Source: Myxococcota bacterium (GTDB taxonomy: Bacteria; Myxococcota_A; Polyangia; Nannocystales; Nannocystaceae). From it: a stretch of DNA of 64,000 nt. A program made the translations under genes and the position numbers. How positions within the stretch are numbered: the stretch's first letter is position 1; every line of letters begins with the position of its first letter. The notes under the pieces were generated by a model, which worked only from the letters and a program-made list of their open reading frames with translations, had not been told where the DNA came from and made no database searches. Below, in pieces: positions 1-7,873 of the stretch. The stretch is from contig JBCCHT010000001.1 of NCBI GenBank assembly GCA_039028615.1, forward strand, positions 224,001-288,000. The letters run 5' to 3'.

Positions 1-498
1 TGGCACGGGCGCCAGCGCGATCAGGCCGAGCCTCCAGTCCGACAGCAGCAGCACGATGCCGATGGCCCCCGGCAGCGCGACGTTGGCCACGATCAGGCTC
101 CAGGCGTGGGTCACGATCTCGGTGTAGAGCGAGAACTCGTCCGTCAGCACGCTCGCCGTGCTCCCCATGCGGCGCTTGGACCAAAAGCCCATCGGCAGCC
201 GGCGCAGGTGCTCGGTCAGCCGGAGCCGGGTCTCGCACACCAGGTCATAGGTCGCGCTGAAGTTCAGCCGGCCACCGACGTACTTCAGGCCGAACGCGGC
301 GACGAGCAGGACGAGCATCGAGCCGACGATCATCCCGAGCGACAGCGGCGAGTCCTGCCCCGCCAGCAGCCGATCGACCACGAAGAAGGCGACCAGCAGC
401 GGTCCCGCCTCGGCGATGGCCCCCGCGGAAGCGAGCACGAAGCCGGTCTTCAGGCGGGGTTCGGACTTGCCGGCCAGGTCGAAGCCCAGATCCATCAT
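1..498 (-). CDS. ABC transporter permease/ATP-binding protein (IrtB/YbtQ-like), partial; runs off the left edge
   Basis: My translation from ATG 498, which overlaps the upstream stop as ATGA: MMDLGFDLAGKSEPRLKTGFVLASAGAIAEAGPLL...TRLRLTEHLRRLPMGFWSKRRMG..., a typical ABC exporter-fold transmembrane N-terminus. Not in the ORF track because there is no stop in the window. Confidence 0.8.
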   Translation of the reverse strand, partial: MMDLGFDLAGKSEPRLKTGFVLASAGAIAEAGPLLVAFFVVDRLLAGQDSPLSLGMIVGSMLVLLVAAFGLKYVGGRLNFSATYDLVCETRLRLTEHLRRLPMGFWSKRRMGSTASVLTDEFSLYTEIVTHAWSLIVANVALPGAIGIVLLLSDWRLGLIALAPVP

Positions 499-2246
499 GA
501 TGCATTCTCCCGTCGTTCGGCCTTCGCTCCACCGAGGGTCCAGCCCGCGGCGGCTTCTTGTGCGTCCCACATGCGGCGATAGACCGAGCAACGGTCCAGC
601 AGGGCCTGATGAGAGCCGCGATCCACCACGCGGCCGCCGTCGAGCACCACGATGAGCTGCGCCTGCATGATCGCTCGGAGTCGATGGGCCACCACGATCA
701 AGGTTCGGCCCCGGGCCAGCGCATCGATGCCACGCTGCACGGCACGCTCGTTGTCCGGGTCGAGATGCGACGTCACCTCGTCGAGCACGACGATCGGGGT
801 CTCACGGAGCAACGCGCGAGCGACCGTCACCCGCTGGGCCTCGCCCCCGCTGAGGTGCGCCCCTCGTTCCCCCACCGGGGAATCCCAGCCCTCGGGGAGC
901 CGCTCGATCAACTCGTCCAGGCCCGCCGCCGTCGCCGCTGCGGCGAGCGCGTCATCGCTGGCGTCGGGCCGTGCGAGGAGCAGGTTGTCGCGGAGCGTGC
1001 CGAAAAACAGCTGCGCGTGCTGGCCCACCAGCCCCACGCTCCCGAGCACCGAGCCCCGAGCGTCGCCATCGGTCAGCACGACCTCACCGACATCGGGCTC
1101 TCGCGCCCCCGCCAGCAGCTGCGCGAGCGTGCTCTTGCCCGCCCCGGAGGGGCCCACCAGGGCCACCCGCTGACCCGCCTCGATGCGCAACGACACGTCT
1201 CGGAGCGCAGGGCCTCGAGCCTCGTCATAGAAGAAGGTCACCTCGCGCACCTCGATCCCCGCCGGACCCGAAGAGCGGACCACGGCGGGCTCGCGGGGCT
1301 GCTCTTCCGCGCCGAGGATCGCCCCGATCCTGCGCAGCCGCACCGCGTTCATCTGGATGTCGCCGAACAGGAACATCAGCCGAAGCAGAGGCGCCGTGAG
1401 CCCGTAGCCCAGCGCGAGAAACAGAGCCAAGATGGGCTCGTCGATCTCACCGGCCTGGAACAGCGCCACGCCCACGGGCAACACCACGACCAAGTTGCTG
1501 CTCAGCAGGAGCATGAAGCCGGTATACGCGGGGCCGGAGCGCTCGTTCATCGCGTCGGCGAAGTCCCGTACGCCGAACACCCCCTGCCGTACCCGCGCCA
1601 TCTCGGTCGCGTCGCGGCCATAGGCCTTGAGCACGACGATGCCGCGCAACAGCTCGAGCACCACCTCGTTGGCCCGGCGTTCGGCGTCATGCCATTGCTT
1701 CATGAGGCCGTCGAAGTTCCGCATGGCCACCGCCATGGCCACAAAGCCGACGGGCACCAGGGACAGGCTCACCAGCGCCAACCTCCAGTCCACGGCCAGG
1801 AGCACGCCGAACGCCAGCAACGGGGTCACGATTCCCGAGGCGCCGTCCGGCACGTGGTGCGCGAACGAGGCCTCCACCGCGTCCACGTCTTCGACCATTG
1901 CCTTCTTGAGATCGCCAGGGGAGTGCGTGTCGAAGAACGAGCGCGGGACCGTCCCGAGCTTCAGAGCCATCCGACTCCGCAGCTGTCGCAACACGCGAAA
2001 CGCGACGGCGTGCGACACGACCAACGATCCGCCGAAGAGCACGAAACGCACCAAGACGAGCCCGAAGACCACCGCCGCGATGAGCGGCACCGACCACCTT
2101 GCGTCGGAGGGCCCGTACACCGACCGTGCTGCGAAGTAGATGCCGGCGGCCGGGGCCAGCTCGAGGGACGCCGCCACGATGGCGAGCACGGCCGACAGCG
2201 CCAGCCGAGGGCGATGCGGACGAACGAGCTGGCCCACCGTCGTCAT
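495..2246 (-). CDS. ABC transporter permease/ATP-binding protein (IrtA/YbtP-like)
   Basis: TM domain, Walker A GPSGAGKST, signature LSGGE, Walker B VVLDE. Start placed at ATG 2246 (ATGA overlap with the previous stop). Confidence 0.88.
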   Translation of the reverse strand: MTTVGQLVRPHRPRLALSAVLAIVAASLELAPAAGIYFAARSVYGPSDARWSVPLIAAVVFGLVLVRFVLFGGSLVVSHAVAFRVLRQLRSRMALKLGTVPRSFFDTHSPGDLKKAMVEDVDAVEASFAHHVPDGASGIVTPLLAFGVLLAVDWRLALVSLSLVPVGFVAMAVAMRNFDGLMKQWHDAERRANEVVLELLRGIVVLKAYGRDATEMARVRQGVFGVRDFADAMNERSGPAYTGFMLLLSSNLVVVLPVGVALFQAGEIDEPILALFLALGYGLTAPLLRLMFLFGDIQMNAVRLRRIGAILGAEEQPREPAVVRSSGPAGIEVREVTFFYDEARGPALRDVSLRIEAGQRVALVGPSGAGKSTLAQLLAGAREPDVGEVVLTDGDARGSVLGSVGLVGQHAQLFFGTLRDNLLLARPDASDDALAAAATAAGLDELIERLPEGWDSPVGERGAHLSGGEAQRVTVARALLRETPIVVLDEVTSHLDPDNERAVQRGIDALARGRTLIVVAHRLRAIMQAQLIVVLDGGRVVDRGSHQALLDRCSVYRRMWDAQEAAAGWTLGGAKAERRENAS

Positions 2247-3064
2247 TGGTCGTCCCCGGACCCAAACCGGACGTAGGTAATCAGGGGGGCGAAATTGCGG
2301 AGCCGCTGGATGTTGCCCAGCAACGCGATGAGCCACCGGTTGACACCCCGCGGCATCTCGTAGAGCACCGACCGCACCTCCACGATGTCGGGTACCCAGC
2401 CCCGCAACGTCGGCTCCAGGTCGGTCTCACGAATCCCCCAGGGCATGCGCGGCGTCGTGTAGTGCTTGGTCTTCTTGAAGCCCGCCTCCGACATGGTCTT
2501 GTTCGACAACCACGGGGGAATGCTGTCGAACATCAGCCGAACACCGGGGAAGCGCTCCGCCAGCTTGCGCATGAGCGCCTCGACATCACGCTCCTCGAAA
2601 TACATCAGCAACCCCTGCGCCGTGACGAAGACCTCGCGTCCCGGGGGCACCTCGTCCATCCAGTCGAAGTCCAGCGCCGAACGGGCGACGTGCAGGTGCC
2701 GATCGTCCGGTTCGATGAAGCGCTCGCGAATCGCGATGGCGTCGGGCAGATCCACGCTGAGCCACAGCGACTGCTCGTCTTCGATGCGAAAGCGCTGGGT
2801 CTCGAGCCCCTCGCCGAGGTTGACGACGACCCCGTCGGGGTTTTCCTCGAGGAACGCCCTCACCTCGGCATCGAACGTGGACGAGCGCACCGCGTGGGAG
2901 GGCTCCGATTTGCCGAACGAACGCTCGTAGTCGTAGTCGATGGCGCGATAGATGCGCACCGCCTCGTCATCGCGGAGCATCGCATCGCCGCGCATCGCTT
3001 CGCCGGCGCGGTTGTGCAACGTCCACAGCATCGTCTCCGGGACCTCGGTGAGCTCGGGCTTCAT
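2243..3064 (-). CDS. Class I SAM-dependent methyltransferase (TcmP/LCM-like)
   Basis: VPETMLWTLHNRA N-terminus, VVNLGEGLET SAM-binding motif, AQGLLMYF. Start at ATG 3064 after a GAGG Shine-Dalgarno. Confidence 0.85.
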   Translation of the reverse strand: MKPELTEVPETMLWTLHNRAGEAMRGDAMLRDDEAVRIYRAIDYDYERSFGKSEPSHAVRSSTFDAEVRAFLEENPDGVVVNLGEGLETQRFRIEDEQSLWLSVDLPDAIAIRERFIEPDDRHLHVARSALDFDWMDEVPPGREVFVTAQGLLMYFEERDVEALMRKLAERFPGVRLMFDSIPPWLSNKTMSEAGFKKTKHYTTPRMPWGIRETDLEPTLRGWVPDIVEVRSVLYEMPRGVNRWLIALLGNIQRLRNFAPLITYVRFGSGDDQ

Positions 3065-3086
3065 CGCTTTTTCCTCGTCGAAAATA

Positions 3087-3103
3087 TTGAACTTGATATT
3101 CAA
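3087..3103. promoter_or_regulatory. Fur-box-like inverted repeat upstream of the methyltransferase-ABC operon
   Basis: TTGAA-N7-TTCAA (ttgaacttgatattcaa) in an AT-rich divergent intergenic region. Same geometry as the site at 4290-4312. Confidence 0.5.
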
Positions 3104-3133
3104 CTTCGTTGATAGAATGATAAATGTCAACCA

Positions 3134-3895
3134 TTGATTTTCGACGAATCGCATCGCGGTTCCGGGCTTCGCTCTTGGCGCCCGGCTGAGCGACCATCGG
3201 GCCCCGTGGTCTCCCCCGAAGCTCGCGCCACCTGTGACCGCATCCTCGACGCAGCTCAGGCCTGTTTCGCGGAGCGGGGCTACGCGGGCACATCATTGCG
3301 CTGGGTCGCCGATAACGCCGGCGTGACTCAGCCGCTGGTCTCGCACTACTTCGGGTCGAAGGAGCGACTCTTCGAGGCCGTGATGGAGCGTGCGATCGCG
3401 GACTACCAGGTCACGCAGGCGGAGCAGTTTTCGCGAGAGCTGACCGATCCCGACTTCTTCATCGTCGGGCTGCTGGTTCTGTTTCGCTGGCTCCAAGACC
3501 AGCGCGAGTTCATGCGCCTGGTTCAGTGGGCACGCCTCGAGGGCCGAATGCCCGCGCTGGAATCGGGGGTGAGCATCTGGAACCGCGTGCGCCAGCACGC
3601 CACGGCGCTCATCGAGGCAGGCACTCTGCGTCGAGACCTCGATGGCGAAGCGGCGATCCTGTTCATCGACGCGCTCATGAAAGGCTACTGGGACCGCCGA
3701 GACAGCTATCTAGAGCAGCTTCCGGTCATCGCGGGCGACGACCTGTCTCGCTTCGAACGCCAGGTCGAGCACACCTTCCTCCTCGCCTTGGTTCGCGCCT
3801 TCTTTGCGCCCGAGCATCAGGTCTCGGCGGAGGCCCGGCTGCACGAGGTGCTCGAGGCTACCCCGCGCGCCACCACCGACGGGACCGACGGATGA
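3134..3895 (+). CDS. TetR/AcrR family transcriptional regulator
   Basis: ILDAAQACFAERGYAGTSLRWVADNAGVTQPLVSHYFGSKERLF helix-turn-helix. True start may be GTG 3206. Confidence 0.9.
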   Translation: MIFDESHRGSGLRSWRPAERPSGPVVSPEARATCDRILDAAQACFAERGYAGTSLRWVADNAGVTQPLVSHYFGSKERLFEAVMERAIADYQVTQAEQFSRELTDPDFFIVGLLVLFRWLQDQREFMRLVQWARLEGRMPALESGVSIWNRVRQHATALIEAGTLRRDLDGEAAILFIDALMKGYWDRRDSYLEQLPVIAGDDLSRFERQVEHTFLLALVRAFFAPEHQVSAEARLHEVLEATPRATTDGTDG

Positions 3896-4271
3896 GCTGA
3901 CCGTTGGCCAGCAGGACCGCCCCCAGCAGCACGATCTGAGCGTAGCCGAGCACGTCGTCCGCCGCCATCGCGGTGGTGACCAGGTGCATGGCGTTGGCCA
4001 CTGCGAAGAGCAACGACATTCCGAAGATGGCCATCCTCCCCTTGCGATCGAGGTCGCTGGTGCAGGCCACCGCCATCAGCAACGGCACGACATAGAAGAC
4101 GGTCTTGATGACGAAGTTCGACCACGGGACCTGCCCCGTCGCCCCCGGCTGCTCGAGCGGGACCCCGTACCGCAACCCGCTCACCCCATAGTTGAAGTGC
4201 AGCACCATGCCCACGACGAGCACCAACCACAGCAGCGCAACGTCGTAGCCATGAATCTTCGTGTCGGTCAT
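3858..4271 (-). CDS. Small integral membrane protein (about 4 TM helices)
   Basis: 137 aa with four hydrophobic segments and GC-biased codon usage. A perfect palindrome lies 18 bp upstream. Confidence 0.7.
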   Translation of the reverse strand: MTDTKIHGYDVALLWLVLVVGMVLHFNYGVSGLRYGVPLEQPGATGQVPWSNFVIKTVFYVVPLLMAVACTSDLDRKGRMAIFGMSLLFAVANAMHLVTTAMAADDVLGYAQIVLLGAVLLANGQLIRRSRRWWRAG

Positions 4272-4289
4272 GGGTCCGACCCTAGCACC

Positions 4290-4312
4290 TAATTGAAAAC
4301 AATTTTCAATTA
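4290..4312. promoter_or_regulatory. Perfect 10-3-10 inverted repeat, Fur-box-like operator
   Basis: TAATTGAAAA-CAA-TTTTCAATTA. The core TGAAAAC-A-ATTTTCA fits the 7-1-7 Fur-box form. Confidence 0.65.
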
Positions 4313-4376
4313 AACTCGAGACGGTTCAGGCTCGCTCCGGCGGCGCTTCCTGAGCCGCGCGTGCTAGCGTTTCGCC

Positions 4377-5897
4377 GTGGGCACGACCCGATCACGCGAG
4401 CCCGATCCGGCGCGGCCCCACGCCACCAGCCGCCCGTCGCGGAGCGCCTACTTCGTCGTCAACCCGTTCGTGAGCCACATCCGACGCAACTTTGCGTCGG
4501 CCATCGACTTCGCGCTCGAGCGCTTCAAGGAGCACCGGGTGATGGCGATCGGCGAGCAGCATGCGTCGCTCTTCGTCGCCCCCACCGCCGAGAACGGGTG
4601 CGTACGCATGTTCCTGCGCGACCTCGTGCGCGCGCTCCATGCCGATGCCGACTGTCGGCTGCGCTATCTGGTGGTCGAGTTCGACGAGGAGGCCATGCGG
4701 GCTGCCCAAGGGCCATGGGAGCAGATGGAGGTTCCGCCCGGCACCGTCAATCCCAAGGCGCATTGGTTCGCGTCCTACTTGGTGTCCTCCACCGCGTTGC
4801 GAGAGGTCTTCGTCGCCATCGCCCGCGAGATTCCCAGCAGCGAGCTCGAAGTGGTCGGCATCGATCATCGGGTCGGCCCGCTGGCGATGGACGCCGCGGA
4901 GGAGTGGATCTTCGCCGAGGACCTCGAACGGGGCGAGACCGAGACCCCGGCCGAGTTCAGCGCCCGCCGTCTGCGAGTCACGGCCGAGCGCGGCGAGCAG
5001 CTCCGGGTGGCGACCAACGAGCGTGAGGAGGTCGCGACCCGGCGCTTCGAAGAGCGGGTCCTCGGTCCCCTCGGCGACGACCGAGCCCTCGTCTACTACG
5101 GGTCCGATCACCTCCGCGAGGGACGACCGGCGGCCACCGACGTGGGCTTCACCGAGCACACCTTCGTGCGCCGCCTGATCCGTCGCGACAACGGGCTGTC
5201 GGCCGATGACATCTATGCGGTCGCCACCCTGTACCCCGGGTCCATGCGACGGAACGTGTCGCTCGACGGCCCCGACAACGTGCTGTACGGGCGCCGCGGC
5301 AACGAGCCTCAGATCGCGCTGGCACGGGCCTTCGACGTGCTCCGGGCCGAGTTTCCCGACGCACCCAACCTCGGCTTCGACGTAGACGAGGCCCGCTTCG
5401 CCCTGCTGCCCATCGACCGCGACACCGAATACGCGCTCGGCGAGCGCTTCGACGGCTGCTTCTATTTTCGCGACCTCAACCGCTGGGACGGCCACACCGC
5501 GCCTCCAGACGAGGCGGAAGCCTCACCAGCGTCCCCGCCGCTTTCGATCACCAGCACCATCCCCAGCCTCAGCTGGCCGGGCAATACGATCTTCGTCTAT
5601 GGCTACGTGCTCACCGAAGACACCGAGGTCCTGGTCGAAGTCCCGTCGCCTGGGGGGCGGCCAGCCGAGCAGTTCCCCTGCACGGACGTCGTGTTCGTCA
5701 ACGAGAACCTGATTCAAGCCACGGTGCCGTTCCCGGGCCGCCTGCGACCCAACGGGACGAGCGTGAACGTCATCGTGCGGCGGCCCTTCCGCCTCGGGCT
5801 CTTCGGAGAGTCGAGTGAAAGCGGGAGCGGGAGCGGGGGCGCGCAGAGCTACGAGTCCGCGAAACTACTCGGTGCGTTCCGCTATCGGTTCGGATGA
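4377..5897 (+). CDS. Hypothetical protein: EreA/ChaN-like N-terminal domain plus C-terminal IPT/TIG-like domain
   Basis: RVMAIGEQH, LVVE and LVYYGSDHL motifs. C-terminal ITSTIPSLSWPGNTIFVYG...FVNENLIQATVP...FRY reads as IPT-like. Confidence 0.55.
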   Translation: MGTTRSREPDPARPHATSRPSRSAYFVVNPFVSHIRRNFASAIDFALERFKEHRVMAIGEQHASLFVAPTAENGCVRMFLRDLVRALHADADCRLRYLVVEFDEEAMRAAQGPWEQMEVPPGTVNPKAHWFASYLVSSTALREVFVAIAREIPSSELEVVGIDHRVGPLAMDAAEEWIFAEDLERGETETPAEFSARRLRVTAERGEQLRVATNEREEVATRRFEERVLGPLGDDRALVYYGSDHLREGRPAATDVGFTEHTFVRRLIRRDNGLSADDIYAVATLYPGSMRRNVSLDGPDNVLYGRRGNEPQIALARAFDVLRAEFPDAPNLGFDVDEARFALLPIDRDTEYALGERFDGCFYFRDLNRWDGHTAPPDEAEASPASPPLSITSTIPSLSWPGNTIFVYGYVLTEDTEVLVEVPSPGGRPAEQFPCTDVVFVNENLIQATVPFPGRLRPNGTSVNVIVRRPFRLGLFGESSESGSGSGGAQSYESAKLLGAFRYRFG

Positions 5898-6190
5898 TGG
5901 AGATCGGCGAGAAGAGCAATGTCCCCGCCACGGCCGGGGGCTCCGATGTAGAGGATCTGTCGGTCGATCCTGCACCCGGCTTCATGCGGCTGTGGGTGGT
6001 CGACCCCCGCTACGTTCGCGTGGATCCGGCCGAGCCCCTCCCCTACGAGATCCTCGACGAGGCGGGCAGCGTCATCGTTTCGGGCACGGTGGAGGACTGT
6101 GGGTATATCGACATCGAGCACCCGGGCGACGGCAGCATCTCGCTGCGCTTGGATGGCGAAGTCCTCACCGTGCACGACCAGCGGGGGTGA
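5894..6190 (+). CDS. Small hypothetical protein, possibly a transthyretin-like beta domain
   Basis: ATGA overlap with the previous stop. PLPYEILDEAGSVIVSGTVEDCGYI pattern. Confidence 0.55.
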   Translation: MMEIGEKSNVPATAGGSDVEDLSVDPAPGFMRLWVVDPRYVRVDPAEPLPYEILDEAGSVIVSGTVEDCGYIDIEHPGDGSISLRLDGEVLTVHDQRG

Positions 6191-6229
6191 CCGGCCCCGG
6201 TCTGCTAGGGTAGTCCCCGCGCGACCGAG

Positions 6230-7738
6230 ATGACGGAGATAGGCGAAGGAACATCGACGGGCAGCGGGGGCTCGGGCGCTTCGGGGCGCACCTCATCGAG
6301 CAGCGGATCGAGTGCAGCACGATCCATGACCCTCGAGATCGGCTTCTTCTTCGACGGTACGGGCAACAACCTCCTGAACTCGGACCGGCCGATGCCGCGC
6401 GCGCCGGGTGACGACGAAGAGCGGAGCGCAGCTGAAGATCGAGCCTTGCGTGTCGGCACCAGCTACGGCAACGAGCCCTCCAACGTCGCGCTGCTGTCTC
6501 GGCTCTACTCGAACCGCGAGACGCCGAACTGGTCCGGCGGCACCCTACGTCGCCGTGGCGTCTACCTCGACGGCATCGGCACGACCACCAGCCGCCTCGA
6601 CTCCGGGGAGTCCACCGCATTCGGCACTGGCCAGGCCGGCGTCTCGGAGCGGGTCCGTGCCGCGTGCCAACGACTCCGCGCCGAAGCCACGACTCGGCCC
6701 ACCGAGATCATCGTCGACGTATTCGGCTTCAGTCGGGGCGCCGCAGCGGCCCGTTACTTCGCCAACTGCCTCGCCCGACGCTCCTTCGAACGAGTCAGCA
6801 TCAGCGGGCTTTTTGGTCCCCCCGTCGTCCTCGGACGCATCGCTCTCCCTCGGGTCACCGTTCGCTTCGTGGGCATCTTCGACACCGTAGCCGCCATCGG
6901 CTACGTCGATGACGACGGAGACGTGAGCGATGCAGACAACGCCGACGTCAATGTCCATCTGCGTCCCGACTCCGCAGAGACCGTTCATCATTTGATCGCG
7001 GCGAACGAGTACCGAAAGAACTTCGCGCTCAACTCCATCCGCGGCCGCGGGTCGACCGCCCTTCCCGCGGAGTGGCGAGAAATCGCTCTTCCTGGCGCAC
7101 ACTCCGACGTCGGGGGTGGCTACCGTGGACGTGGCGAAACCGTCGTATGCGTGGAACCGGTGAGCGAACGCTTCGCCACCGACGCCGAAGCACAGCAGGC
7201 GCAGCGGGCGTACCACCACCGATGCCACGCGTTCTCGGCACGAATGGTGCGAGAGCTCTACGTCCCTGCGGCACGTCGACACCAAGACCTCCGAATGGGC
7301 TACGACTCTCGAATGCCCGTCACCCACCCGGACGGCGGCCCGCCCTACCAGTACGAGGCCGCCTTCGTGTGGCGGCGCCCCGGTCTTCGGCTGGGCCTGA
7401 GCCGAATCCCACTGCATCTGATGCACAAGCGAGCGCAAGAGTGTGGGGTACCGTTCGACGACATCCCGAGCACCCCCCGGTTTCAGATCCCAGACGACCT
7501 TCTGTCTCTACACCGAACCCTCGACCAAGGACGGGACCCCTCGCGTACTGCCCTGGCCCACGCGCATCAGAACTACGCGCATTGGTCCTGTCACTGGGGC
7601 AGGAAGCGCGGAGCGAATCCCCGGTTCTTCTCGGCCCCTCCGGCCTTTCCCGATATCGGTTTGCTGGCGCCCGCGGACAACTTCGAGAGAATCGTTCACC
7701 CCAACCAACAAAACCGAGCGGAGCGCCGCCGTCCGTGA
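6230..7738 (+). CDS. T6SS phospholipase effector, Tle1-like (DUF2235)
   Basis: FFDGTGN, SNVALL, YLDGIGT, GFSRG lipase Ser motif, GIFDTVAA, LPGAHSDVGGGY. Directly upstream of vgrG. Confidence 0.9.
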   Translation: MTEIGEGTSTGSGGSGASGRTSSSSGSSAARSMTLEIGFFFDGTGNNLLNSDRPMPRAPGDDEERSAAEDRALRVGTSYGNEPSNVALLSRLYSNRETPNWSGGTLRRRGVYLDGIGTTTSRLDSGESTAFGTGQAGVSERVRAACQRLRAEATTRPTEIIVDVFGFSRGAAAARYFANCLARRSFERVSISGLFGPPVVLGRIALPRVTVRFVGIFDTVAAIGYVDDDGDVSDADNADVNVHLRPDSAETVHHLIAANEYRKNFALNSIRGRGSTALPAEWREIALPGAHSDVGGGYRGRGETVVCVEPVSERFATDAEAQQAQRAYHHRCHAFSARMVRELYVPAARRHQDLRMGYDSRMPVTHPDGGPPYQYEAAFVWRRPGLRLGLSRIPLHLMHKRAQECGVPFDDIPSTPRFQIPDDLLSLHRTLDQGRDPSRTALAHAHQNYAHWSCHWGRKRGANPRFFSAPPAFPDIGLLAPADNFERIVHPNQQNRAERRRP

Positions 7739-7873
7739 GCGCGGTCGAGCACGGGGCACGGCCGCGCCTACGCTCGACGCCCCTACGAGCCGGGTGGTAG
7801 GGTCCCTTGCGCCGCCCCTTCGAAGACGCCCGCTCGGGTGCTCCGCCCGACCACGGGGACGAGAGACCAACCG

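Noticed and set aside
558..2276. Long antisense or alternate-frame ORFs (also 8729-10213, 12926-14404, 20799-22919, 46625-48121, 54538-55875 and many more)
   Set aside because: They shadow genes with clear motifs and have no motifs themselves. Such frames are expected in high-GC DNA.
1..3064. YbtPQ-like importer as the uptake system for the thiazoline NRPS product
   Set aside because: More than 50 kb away with unrelated genes between, and I saw no Fur-like box at the NRPS operon.
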